Source: a virus. From it: DNA of 64,000 bases. Positions 9,510-19,081 of this stretch are shown here, one piece after another. The position numbers and the translations under genes are program-made. The notes beneath the pieces are model-generated. The model worked only from the letters and a program-made list of their open reading frames with translations. It was not told the origin of the DNA and made no database searches. The DNA lies in the IMG/VR virus record IMGVR_UViG_3300025849_003059, positions 15,929-79,928 of that record. One strand, 5' to 3'. Every line of letters begins with the position of its first letter. The stretch's first letter is position 1.

Positions 9510-10178
9510 TTATTTTTTGCCTATTTTCCAATACATAGAACCACCAACGAATGGTTTATACAAACCAAGTTGATTTGACATTCCAATGTTTAGACCATAG
9601 ATGTTCATCTTTTTAGTTTTTACTAAAAGATTACCACTAAAGTTATTTAATCCATTTGTTTGGTCCATACCTAATCCAAATCCATAGTAGAATTCTAATT
9701 TAGGTAGTTCTTTTACGATAGTTGTATTGTAAACTGTTGGAATCTTAAAGAACCAATCAATTTCTCTTGATTCGATTCTGTTTTGTGAGATAACATCAGT
9801 AAGAATACCATATCCTAAACTACTTGCTGGTTTATTACCTAAAGAATCTGTAACTTCTTTGGGGAAATCATAATCAAGGTTTAGAGTATCAGTTACAGTT
9901 ACCTTAGAGAAGTAATCTTTAATGATAGCAAGTGAATCTACATCTACTGGTATCTCAACTTCTTTAATTACTTCCTTTGTAATGTACTTTGGTACATACT
10001 TTGTTACTTGTACTTCTTTTTCAACGTAAATTGTATCAGTTTCTTGTTTGATTAGTTCATAATCTTTACCATCTACCTTTACAATTTCTTTATCACCATA
10101 ATCAGTACCACATCCTCTTTGTAATGCGATAATAACTACAAGCGAAATTATTATTATTTCTTTTATATATTTTTTCAT
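9510..10178 (-). CDS. Membrane-anchored or lipoprotein-like protein
   Basis: N-terminal hydrophobic helix IIIISLVVIIAL followed by QRGC; beta-rich C-terminus. Confidence 0.6.
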   Translation of the reverse strand: MKKYIKEIIIISLVVIIALQRGCGTDYGDKEIVKVDGKDYELIKQETDTIYVEKEVQVTKYVPKYITKEVIKEVEIPVDVDSLAIIKDYFSKVTVTDTLNLDYDFPKEVTDSLGNKPASSLGYGILTDVISQNRIESREIDWFFKIPTVYNTTIVKELPKLEFYYGFGLGMDQTNGLNNFSGNLLVKTKKMNIYGLNIGMSNQLGLYKPFVGGSMYWKIGKK

Positions 10179-10834
10179 AAGTAATGTTCCATATTAACTT
10201 TTCGTAACTTATCAAAAACTTCGTTTCTTTCTTTTTCTAATTGTTTAATTTCTTTTTGACCATTTTTTATCATTTCGTTTATATCTGCACGAACTTCTTC
10301 GATTGGTTTTGGAAGTTTCCACGTTTCAGTAACCTTTCCATCTGAACCTATCATCTCATATTCTTCTTTTAAATCAGCTAAAGATTGTTTTAATTCATCT
10401 AATTTAGCTTTTCCAAAAATTAACATACGAGTAAACACTCTGTAATTAGAATATTCTGTAAATACTCCCTTTACTTTTAATTCATGTTCTCTTTGAACAG
10501 TACAATCTAAACAATATCCTCCTTTTTGAATAAGCTTCTTATCTGCAGGAGTTTTTTTAAGTGTAGTACATTCAGAATTTTTACATTTTGATTTATCTTC
10601 AAGATATTTTCGAATCTCTTGGATTGATTCGTGGTTTTTACCAGTCTTTAGGATATATCCTTCCTTTTTCTCATATCTATTATGGTCATCTGTCCAAACA
10701 TCACCCACTTTACGAGTTTCTTTTGCTTTCGTATATCCAACAGTAGTATTTTTAGCATACTCACCTGTTTCAACCATATCAACCAACTTTCTACGAGTTG
10801 GGTGCATATATTTCTTTTTGAATTCTTTACCCAT
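10175..10834 (-). CDS. Hypothetical protein with a possible Zn-binding Cys cluster
   Basis: CKNSEC...YCLDC followed by coiled-coil sequence. Confidence 0.7.
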   Translation of the reverse strand: MGKEFKKKYMHPTRRKLVDMVETGEYAKNTTVGYTKAKETRKVGDVWTDDHNRYEKKEGYILKTGKNHESIQEIRKYLEDKSKCKNSECTTLKKTPADKKLIQKGGYCLDCTVQREHELKVKGVFTEYSNYRVFTRMLIFGKAKLDELKQSLADLKEEYEMIGSDGKVTETWKLPKPIEEVRADINEMIKNGQKEIKQLEKERNEVFDKLRKVNMEHYL

Positions 10835-10861
10835 TGTTACATATTAGGTTATAATGTTGTA

Positions 10862-10869
10862 TATAAATA
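10862..10869 (-). promoter_or_regulatory. TATTTATA putative late-promoter motif
   Basis: Intergenic, upstream of the 10834 start. Confidence 0.6.
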
Positions 10870-10894
10870 TATAAAATTAAAGAAACCGATAAAT

Positions 10895-13800
10895 TTAAAA
10901 GAAAATACCAAGTATTTGGTTTACCGATGCGAATGTACCTGTAAGTTTAAAAGTATTTCCTTTATATAAGAATACAATACCTTCATTTGGTACAATTTTC
11001 TTAGAACCACCGATAGATTTTAATCTACCAAGTTCTAATTTAAGTTTTTCAATCTTTTTTGGGTCACCTGATTTCTTAACATCTTTTATTGTCTTATCAA
11101 TTCGTTTTTTCATATCTCGAACTGCTGAATCAGGGTTAACTGTTAATGCAGATGAAGTGAATTCTAATACTTCTGCACCTAAACCTAAGAATATTTGTTC
11201 AAACTTCATTAAGTTCTTCTTACCAATCTTCTTTTGGTCATCTTTATCTGTTTTCTTAGCCCATTCTAATGTTTTTTCATCAGTAATGTTCTTTTTATCT
11301 AATCTAAATCCTTTATCCATGAACGCCCATCTCTTAACTAACCCCATTTTGGTTTTATTATCAAGTGATGAAGGTGAGTTCTTATCAACCCATTGTTCCC
11401 ACCATGCTTGATGGTAGTTTGCAACACCATCGGTATCCTTTAAACTGAATTCTTTTTGTAATTTAGATATCTGTGATGAGTATTTGCTACGTTTTTTAGT
11501 TAAATCTTGTGATTTTGGTAATTTTACAACAGGTGGACCTTTGATTGTGTAACTATCTTGTACATCTTTGTTCACTTGTTTAATCATACCAGCTAATATT
11601 CTAGCAGCATCACCATTTTCACCAATTGCAACACCTTCTTCATTGAATTCCATAGTACCATGGAACACAAGTAACGCCTGACCATAAGGAATAACGTTTA
11701 CTGATGTTGGGTATATCACTTCAAGATTCATAAAACACGCACCTTGTTTGAATATCTTATCTCTTTGTTTATCCGATAACGATTTGATAGCATTTGAGAG
11801 GTCTTTCATCGCATAATTGTATGCATCACTCAATCCACCCCTACCTTGGAACTTATCCGATACCCCTTTGATATCTAAAGCGTTCTCACCTCTGTTCTTT
11901 AGGTGTCCTTTGTTCCTCGCTGCCACTAACCTACCATCTCTCCATGAAATAGCAAGTGCTTGACCATCTGTTTTCTCTCTTGTGAACTCAAGTGTACCTT
12001 CTAAAGCACGATTTACGATATCTTTAAGTTGTCCAAAGGTTAAATTGATATCAGTATCAAATGGATGAGACATGTGTCCATACGCACCACCTTCTGTAAG
12101 TATTGATTCACCCAATCCACCTCTATCGTGTTTAGAAAATTTACCTAATTTATCGAAAGCTCTGAATGATTTAACTTTGTTTACCTTTTTTGGTGTCATT
12201 ACAGATAGTTGTTTGTACTTCATATGGTTTTTAACAATATAAAATACATTTGCAGTGTTACCACCAACATCTTCTATAAACTTTTTATACTTCTTTACTA
12301 ATGAAGCAGATACTTTCTCGTGTCCGAAGTGTGTGATGTGTCCTTTCTTTGGGTGAATACCCGCAGTTTCATCTTTTCCTATATCATGGAACATTGCTGC
12401 AATTGCAATATCAATATCATCATCTTTGATTGAACGATTTACAACCATAATTGTATGTTTGAGAACATTTCCTTCTGGATGTTTATCTAATCTCTGTCCA
12501 AAGTTCTTTAAGTTATACACTCTCTTTTGTAAATCAGAAGGCATCTTTTTAAATAAGGATTTGAAATCTGTAATTCCTAATTCCTTTAATCCTTCTTTAA
12601 CTACTTTGTCTTTTTTTAACATTTTGTGTAATTCTACACCATCTGCATCTTTTCCAAACCCTTTACCGATTTGTTTTTTCCAAAGTAACTCTAAAAACTT
12701 CTTTTTTTGTTTTGGTGATAATCCTTTTATCTTTTGATTAATTTGTTTTCTGTTTTTATAAACATATTTTTTGAAATCCATGTAAAAGAAATCATTTACT
12801 TCTTCCTTAATTTCACCTTCTTTTTTAGTAAACTTCTGTGCTTCTGCATCTCTTAATTGAGGTAGGAATCTAAATCTTGCTCTTTTAAGAACTCTTCCTT
12901 TTTTTCTCATTACATTTTTGTGAACTATCTTTGCTTGTTGAATAGATAAATCTTTTTTAGCAATACCTGGAAATAATTCTTCTCTAAATTCATCATAAAC
13001 TTGTAGATATGCCTTTTTGTATGCAATTTTCTTTAATTTAGAAAGAGGTTTTTTTCTCATCATAGTTCTTTTTCTTCTTCTTGCTATTTGAGCTCGTTTA
13101 CCTGCCATCGCTGCTTTTCTTCTAAGTAAATCTGCTGGTCTAAGCTTACCTTTACTTCTTTCATCGATATCTACATCTTCAGATAATCCCATTTTCTCTT
13201 GCCATGAATCAAAAGCATCGAAATCATATTCTTGTTTCTGAGAATCCCACCCACATGAATGACATAAATATTTTTCATCATCTTCGGATTCAATATCCCA
13301 AGAATGATTACACTTTTCACACTTTACAGCAGTTCCTGCGAGTTCTGATACGAATCCTTCTTTAACCATTCTAAAGGTAACCACTTTTCTGCCATTGATT
13401 GTTGGCATTCCATGTTCATCTTTACCGATTGATTTAATAACTGTCTTTTTGTTCTTAAATCTACCAGTCATAATGGTATCACCAACTTTAACTGGTAATA
13501 CTATATTTTCATTTAAAGATGCTTCGTATTCTTCTTGTGATTTCTTATCACCTTTTTGAGAATCTAATGATGCATCTTTGGTATCTTTAGTAGTATCCAA
13601 TCCTTTTACCAATTCGTAACCAACTAATGCTGCTTTACGAGTAACGTGCTTAAACCATTTAGAATAAGCATCACTTGAATAGATATCCACTTGGTTAGTT
13701 GCAGTTTGTGTACCAAGTACACCTGCTGGGAATGGGGTTACTGCCTTTACAGGTCCATCAGGATAAATCGGATGGTCATAATAATCTTCTAACTCTTTGT

Positions 13801-14572
13801 TAGTAATCATATTTACTACTTCGTATCCAATTCTCTTTGCCCTATCTACATTTATACGAGAGAACACATCATAGTTTGGGAAGAATACATTTGGTCCATC
13901 ATCTGATTGTCCTATGCCTGATTTGGAGCTCTCATTTATTAACCACTCTTCTATCATCTCTTTAGAAATTTCAATTCCTTCATCAAGTTTATCTGTAATC
14001 ATCTTAAAGATGGTTGCATTAAACTTTCCATAGGCTCTTTTCTTAAAGAAGTTTTGTTTTTGTTCGTCCGAACCAACTGATAACCCATTACGAGTTTCAG
14101 TTCCACTTATACCACCACCACTTTGGGGTGCAGCATAAACGTACCCACCATCTCTATAACCAACCGATGGTTCTCCCTTATAGGGTTGGAAGTATTTACC
14201 ACCTAATCGGTTTTTATCCTTCATACCCACAACAGTTACAAATGCAGTTGTTTCTTCATCAAACTTTTTAAGTATCTCTGTGGGTTTGTATGGATTTTTA
14301 ACTTTGAATATTTTGGATTTTGGAATTCCAAACATTGTAGTTGCAATTTTCACCTTTTCTTTGAAATTAAAAGGTGATTTGGGTTTTTCAACCTTATCAG
14401 ATGTACCAACGAATACATTATCCTTACCGAACTTTTTGACAAGGTGTTGGTAAGTACCATAGTGTCCTTTGTGCATAGGTTGAAACCTACCCACATAGAT
14501 AACTACTGTTTTTTTAATAGGATTCTCATCCTCCATTATACTCTCTACGAGAAATTTGGAAAGTTCATTCAT
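10895..14572 (-). CDS. Multidomain polyprotein: HxGH nucleotidyltransferase (NMNAT/cytidylyltransferase-like), Zn ribbon, HD phosphohydrolase, KxDG ligase-like domain
   Basis: GRFQPMHKGH...SPFNFKEK...ISGTETR; CEKC...CHSC; HPEGNVLKHT...FHDIGK...GHEKVSA; EGGAYGHMSHPFD...EKTDG. Confidence 0.75.
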   Translation of the reverse strand: MNELSKFLVESIMEDENPIKKTVVIYVGRFQPMHKGHYGTYQHLVKKFGKDNVFVGTSDKVEKPKSPFNFKEKVKIATTMFGIPKSKIFKVKNPYKPTEILKKFDEETTAFVTVVGMKDKNRLGGKYFQPYKGEPSVGYRDGGYVYAAPQSGGGISGTETRNGLSVGSDEQKQNFFKKRAYGKFNATIFKMITDKLDEGIEISKEMIEEWLINESSKSGIGQSDDGPNVFFPNYDVFSRINVDRAKRIGYEVVNMITNKELEDYYDHPIYPDGPVKAVTPFPAGVLGTQTATNQVDIYSSDAYSKWFKHVTRKAALVGYELVKGLDTTKDTKDASLDSQKGDKKSQEEYEASLNENIVLPVKVGDTIMTGRFKNKKTVIKSIGKDEHGMPTINGRKVVTFRMVKEGFVSELAGTAVKCEKCNHSWDIESEDDEKYLCHSCGWDSQKQEYDFDAFDSWQEKMGLSEDVDIDERSKGKLRPADLLRRKAAMAGKRAQIARRRKRTMMRKKPLSKLKKIAYKKAYLQVYDEFREELFPGIAKKDLSIQQAKIVHKNVMRKKGRVLKRARFRFLPQLRDAEAQKFTKKEGEIKEEVNDFFYMDFKKYVYKNRKQINQKIKGLSPKQKKKFLELLWKKQIGKGFGKDADGVELHKMLKKDKVVKEGLKELGITDFKSLFKKMPSDLQKRVYNLKNFGQRLDKHPEGNVLKHTIMVVNRSIKDDDIDIAIAAMFHDIGKDETAGIHPKKGHITHFGHEKVSASLVKKYKKFIEDVGGNTANVFYIVKNHMKYKQLSVMTPKKVNKVKSFRAFDKLGKFSKHDRGGLGESILTEGGAYGHMSHPFDTDINLTFGQLKDIVNRALEGTLEFTREKTDGQALAISWRDGRLVAARNKGHLKNRGENALDIKGVSDKFQGRGGLSDAYNYAMKDLSNAIKSLSDKQRDKIFKQGACFMNLEVIYPTSVNVIPYGQALLVFHGTMEFNEEGVAIGENGDAARILAGMIKQVNKDVQDSYTIKGPPVVKLPKSQDLTKKRSKYSSQISKLQKEFSLKDTDGVANYHQAWWEQWVDKNSPSSLDNKTKMGLVKRWAFMDKGFRLDKKNITDEKTLEWAKKTDKDDQKKIGKKNLMKFEQIFLGLGAEVLEFTSSALTVNPDSAVRDMKKRIDKTIKDVKKSGDPKKIEKLKLELGRLKSIGGSKKIVPNEGIVFLYKGNTFKLTGTFASVNQILGIFF

Positions 14573-14593
14573 ATTTGGTACACCTTGTCAGTA

Positions 14594-14601
14594 TATAAAT
14601 A
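14594..14601 (-). promoter_or_regulatory. TATTTATA putative late-promoter motif
   Basis: Intergenic, upstream of the 14572 start. Confidence 0.6.
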
Positions 14602-14616
14602 TTGAAAAGGGTAAGT

Positions 14617-14736
14617 TTAATGATTTTTGTAAATAAAGGGGTCTCTTTTACGAAGCTCTTCTAGTTTCTTTTTATAAATCTTTTCTTTTCTTCGATTCTC
14701 AAAATATAATTTGATTTTTTTTATTATTCCGAACAT
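14617..14736 (-). CDS. Small basic protein (39 aa)
   Basis: Hand translation MFGIIKKIKLYFENRRKEKIYKKKLEELRKRDPFIYKNH. It fills the gap after the 14724 gene. Not in the track. Confidence 0.65.
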   Translation of the reverse strand: MFGIIKKIKLYFENRRKEKIYKKKLEELRKRDPFIYKNH

Positions 14737-16130
14737 AGTATTGAGTGATATTTGTTATTAAACTGATTTTTTATTATTTTTTGTAAATTTTCATAATATT
14801 CTTTTGATACATTTTTACATTTAAAAGTTTCTAAGTGATTTCTATTATAAATAAGTATCGATTCTAATTTTTTTGTAAGAACATCCCATTCTTTTGTTGT
14901 TAAGTTCATCAAATTATCAATAACTTTAGTAATTTTAATAAATCTTTCATGAGGCTGGATTTCATCATCGTAACTTTCATCCCAAAACTCACCAAATGTT
15001 TTAAATCCATAAAACTTTAATAGTTTAAGAAAGTTAGCAGGTCCTACAACTACAAAAGGATGATAATTTATTATAGGTTTTCCAATTTTTTCAGTTAATC
15101 TTAAGTTATTAAAAAATGTAGATTCTGTTACAATACTAAAATATGAATTTTCATACATTTTATAATCATCAAAATAAACTTTATCAAAATCAGTATCCAT
15201 TTTATCTGCTATTCTTTTTTGTGTACTTAAAAATATTTCATACCCCTCACTTAGTGTTGATATTAAATTATCAATATTATCCTGGCCGTTATAAACCTTT
15301 AGATTTTTAATAAACTTGTACTCTCTGCCAAAATTGATATCATATGATAAAAACATATTATCATATTTCTTTCCAAGTAAAAAAGATATAATGGCAATTC
15401 TATAATCTTTTAATCTCTTATTGAGACATACTACTTTATACTCTCTATTACGTTTAAAACCATTTACTATATTTTTTTGTTGAGTTAACTCCTCGATATT
15501 TTCAGAACTTAGTTGAAGTGCCCAAGGATACATAAAATATTTTACATTTAATGGAAAATTATATTTTTTTTCAAATTTTTCTTTATATTCATCAAAAATT
15601 GCACTATCGGTTTGTATTATAATTTTTTCTAGTGGAATATCTCTTTCTTTACAATGGTGATATATCTGTTCTAATACAGTATATGTTAAACCTTCTTGTT
15701 GGTTTCTAAAATATAAAAAAAAGTTTGATTTTGTTTTAAGAGAATCTACAACTATATCTGATAAATTTTCTATATATGATGTTTTTAAAGATAATTCTTT
15801 ATATTGTTCATCAACTGGATTCATTCCATATTCAAAATTACCAGCAGTGTTTATTAAATATAAATAAGTTACCTCTGTTGATGTAATATAACCTTCAGTA
15901 TTAAAATTTAAAGTTGATGTCATATCTACATCTTGCGTAGTAAAATATAAATCCCAATTTGATGCATATGGAAGAAATCCACTATTCATCATATATTTTT
16001 GTCTATAAGAATGAATAGTATGACCTTTTAATTTTACATGATGCATCATATCATCTATGATAAACTGCGGTAATGCGTTTGGAATCCTTATATCATCTAT
16101 TATATTATCAAAAACAAGTCGAATATTCAT
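14724..16130 (-). CDS. TEK-family putative glycosyltransferase (GT10-like C-terminus), paralogue 1
   Basis: CLNKR...SYFSIVTES...LTEKIGKPIINYHPF...GFKTFGEFWDESYD. Confidence 0.5.
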   Translation of the reverse strand: MNIRLVFDNIIDDIRIPNALPQFIIDDMMHHVKLKGHTIHSYRQKYMMNSGFLPYASNWDLYFTTQDVDMTSTLNFNTEGYITSTEVTYLYLINTAGNFEYGMNPVDEQYKELSLKTSYIENLSDIVVDSLKTKSNFFLYFRNQQEGLTYTVLEQIYHHCKERDIPLEKIIIQTDSAIFDEYKEKFEKKYNFPLNVKYFMYPWALQLSSENIEELTQQKNIVNGFKRNREYKVVCLNKRLKDYRIAIISFLLGKKYDNMFLSYDINFGREYKFIKNLKVYNGQDNIDNLISTLSEGYEIFLSTQKRIADKMDTDFDKVYFDDYKMYENSYFSIVTESTFFNNLRLTEKIGKPIINYHPFVVVGPANFLKLLKFYGFKTFGEFWDESYDDEIQPHERFIKITKVIDNLMNLTTKEWDVLTKKLESILIYNRNHLETFKCKNVSKEYYENLQKIIKNQFNNKYHSILCSE

Positions 16131-17551
16131 TAGAATAATTTTATATAAGTTTGGTTATTATTATCAAGCAATTTTATTAAGTTTTCCTTAACAATTTGTT
16201 TAACAGAGTGTTCATCATATTTTAACAATAAATTTCTATTGTGTTTTAAAATTGGAAGCATTTCGTTATACATATCATTCCATTCATTTTTAGATTTATT
16301 TATTAAATTTTTACATAAATTAAATAATGCTATCATTCTATCATTGGGTGATTCCATTTCATCATAACTTTCATCCCAAAAATCATTAAATGTTTTGAAA
16401 CCATATGTTTTTAATTCCTTAAGTGTATATGGAGAACCTACCAAAACAAATGGATGATATTGCATTATTGGTTTTATGGTCTTTTCTGATATAAATCGTG
16501 TGTTATCTTGGAATTCTGTTTCAGTTACTATACTGAAATATGAATTGGTGTATATATCTTTACTTTCCCAACCATACCCTTCAAGAGATTCAATATTATC
16601 ATAATCAACAATTCTTTTTTGATTATTTAAAAGTTTTTTATATCCATCTTTTGCTTTTTGTTTATATTCTTCATTATAAAATATTCTTTGTCTTTTAAAA
16701 TGATGGTCATCTAATTTATCAATAAAAAATGGAAATAGATTTAAATTCATATCATATGAAGTGAAAGAATTTTCTAACAAATTTTCGTTTTCAAGTAATG
16801 ATAAAAGTAAAATTCTATGAAATCGTAATCTTCTATTTAAACATAAAAACTTTTTTGTTTTTGGTTTATTTAAATCACTCTCTACTACTATACTACTTTT
16901 TTTATATTTTTCATTTTTTATTTTATCATATAAAACAGTTTTTAATTCAAAGTTTTTAAATGGAATAGCCCAATTGAATAAACAAATTTTAATTTTATCG
17001 GTTTGGGGAAATTGTTGTAAATATTCATCGTGTAATTCAGATATATTTAATGTACTTGTAATAAAAATTATACTGGTTGGATTTATTTTATGTTTTTTAC
17101 ATTCAAAATATATTTTATCTAAAATATTTCTATCATTATACCCTTCCATTTGATATTCTAAAACCAAATAAAAGTTTTTTGCATTTAAATACTCTAATGT
17201 AGTTGAAGATATATTAGAAAATACACTATTTTCATATTCTTTCATACCAAGAGTAGCTAAAATATTTGAAAATGCAGTTATTGTATAGATGTATATTTCA
17301 TCTGAATTACCTATTGTGTTTGTATCTTTATTATAGGTAATTTCATTTATACAATATTCACCTTTAAATAGCCCTCTCAATAATCTTGGTTTATTTACTT
17401 GTATTGCACCATAAGTATCTTGATAATCTTGATAAAATTCTGAAGATTGTTCAAAATCATGTTTTACAAATAAATCATAATGATTTGGATTGTATCCATT
17501 TGGAATAGGTCCATGTGGTCCTATTATATCATATACATCATTAATTTTCAT
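16130..17551 (-). CDS. TEK-family putative glycosyltransferase, paralogue 2
   Basis: CLNRR...SYFSIVTET...ISEKTIKPIMQYHPF...GFKTFNDFWDESYD. Confidence 0.5.
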   Translation of the reverse strand: MKINDVYDIIGPHGPIPNGYNPNHYDLFVKHDFEQSSEFYQDYQDTYGAIQVNKPRLLRGLFKGEYCINEITYNKDTNTIGNSDEIYIYTITAFSNILATLGMKEYENSVFSNISSTTLEYLNAKNFYLVLEYQMEGYNDRNILDKIYFECKKHKINPTSIIFITSTLNISELHDEYLQQFPQTDKIKICLFNWAIPFKNFELKTVLYDKIKNEKYKKSSIVVESDLNKPKTKKFLCLNRRLRFHRILLLSLLENENLLENSFTSYDMNLNLFPFFIDKLDDHHFKRQRIFYNEEYKQKAKDGYKKLLNNQKRIVDYDNIESLEGYGWESKDIYTNSYFSIVTETEFQDNTRFISEKTIKPIMQYHPFVLVGSPYTLKELKTYGFKTFNDFWDESYDEMESPNDRMIALFNLCKNLINKSKNEWNDMYNEMLPILKHNRNLLLKYDEHSVKQIVKENLIKLLDNNNQTYIKLF

Positions 17552-18089
17552 AGTACAATTCAGGATATTCTACTATAATATGTATTCCACCCCAATCTAA
17601 TGCACGTTGATATGCAGGTACTATTTTTTCTATCTTATCTAATTTTGTAATTGTACAGTTTGTAGTTATTTTTTCAAAGGCATCTGTATAATCTGCTTTG
17701 TGTTGATGGCCTGGGTCTAATGGTTTATCACTTCCCTTACCAACTCTTACAATTACATTTGGTTTCCACTCACCATCAGACATTGCTTCTAATTTATCTA
17801 AATGGTTTACTAATTGATTACAAGCAAGAATTAAGAAATCCCATCTTGGATAAAATGTAACAACTTGATGACCGGTCATTGCCAATCCCATTGTCATTCC
17901 CATTTGAGTTTCTTCCATTACTGGTGTTTCTATCATTCTTTCTTTTGGTAATCCCTCAATCGTTTTACTCATTGGGTTACCATAATAAACTATCTGTTGT
18001 CCGATGAATATTGTTTTATCATCTTCCATTGTAAGTTTCATTGCTTCAGTTAAAGCATCTAAATAAGGTGTGTATTCTGGTTGTGCCAT
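17541..18089 (-). CDS. TPP-dependent E1-beta / transketolase pyrimidine-binding subunit (no C-terminal domain)
   Basis: IETPVMEETQMGMTMGLAMTG...FLILACNQLVN...GHQH. Confidence 0.85.
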   Translation of the reverse strand: MAQPEYTPYLDALTEAMKLTMEDDKTIFIGQQIVYYGNPMSKTIEGLPKERMIETPVMEETQMGMTMGLAMTGHQVVTFYPRWDFLILACNQLVNHLDKLEAMSDGEWKPNVIVRVGKGSDKPLDPGHQHKADYTDAFEKITTNCTITKLDKIEKIVPAYQRALDWGGIHIIVEYPELYYEN

Positions 18090-19081
18090 TATGGTTTTGA
18101 ATTTGGGTCAAACTGGTCTTTGTTTTCTTTATACCATTTTAGTGCATCTTCCAATCCACTTCTTAAATCGTACTTTGGTTTCCAACCGAGTTTTAATAAT
18201 TTTTCATTTGATAATAATCTTGTAGGAATCATCGGTGCTTTGTTGTTTACAAATTCGATTGGATTATCGTTACCTTCAATTTCTTTGATAAGATTAAGAA
18301 CTTCCATTACTGTATGTCCTTTACCATAACAAACATTATAGATATCGTATTTATCTACTTTCTCTGCAACTGTAATAAATCCACCTACCATATCATCTAC
18401 ATGAATAACATCTCTTACTTCAGTACCATCACCCCAAAGTGGGATTGGATTTAATCCATCTGCTACTTTTCTGATATTTGCTGGTGTAACATGACACTTT
18501 TCGAAATCAAACTTATCATTCGGTCCAAACGAGTTGGAAGGTCTAATGATTACACATTGCATCGGGTCGTGAATCTGATTAGAGAAAAACTCACATAAAG
18601 TTTCTCCATATCTTTTCATCCAACCAACTGCCTTATACGCAGGATATATGTTTGGTGTTTGTACATTCATATCTTCAGTACAATATTCTCCACCAATATC
18701 TGGATAAGTTGTATTAGAAGAAATAAACATAAACTTACGAACCTTGTTTCTCCAACTCTGTTCCATAAGATTTGTATTCATTTCAACATTAGGAGTTACA
18801 TGGAGTAGTGGATTCACCTTGGTATCTAACGCATTAGACGTATTCGCAGCACAATGAAAGATAACATCTACACCTTTTGATACTAAATCACAAAAAGATG
18901 CTTCTCTCAAATCCCCATTGACATGTTCAACATTCTCATAACCATCGAAATCTTGACGTAACTCCCTTGACCAACTTGTTGACCTTAGGTTAGTGTAACC
19001 ATTTTCATATAACGATTTTAATAGTCTTGAACCTATGAACCCACTTGCCCCAGTAACTAATATTTTATCTGTTTTTTTCAT
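18089..19081 (-). CDS. NAD-dependent epimerase/reductase (GDP-fucose synthase-like)
   Basis: TGASGFIG, YxxxK-like YKAVGWMKR, RPSNSFGPND and WGDGTEVRD. Confidence 0.85.
   Translation of the reverse strand: MKKTDKILVTGASGFIGSRLLKSLYENGYTNLRSTSWSRELRQDFDGYENVEHVNGDLREASFCDLVSKGVDVIFHCAANTSNALDTKVNPLLHVTPNVEMNTNLMEQSWRNKVRKFMFISSNTTYPDIGGEYCTEDMNVQTPNIYPAYKAVGWMKRYGETLCEFFSNQIHDPMQCVIIRPSNSFGPNDKFDFEKCHVTPANIRKVADGLNPIPLWGDGTEVRDVIHVDDMVGGFITVAEKVDKYDIYNVCYGKGHTVMEVLNLIKEIEGNDNPIEFVNNKAPMIPTRLLSNEKLLKLGWKPKYDLRSGLEDALKWYKENKDQFDPNSKP

Noticed and set aside
10895-14572. Complete NAD reconstitution pathway (NARP2)
   Set aside because: Only an NMNAT-like domain is visible and no NAMPT gene lies in the window. 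The domain could be a generic cytidylyltransferase.
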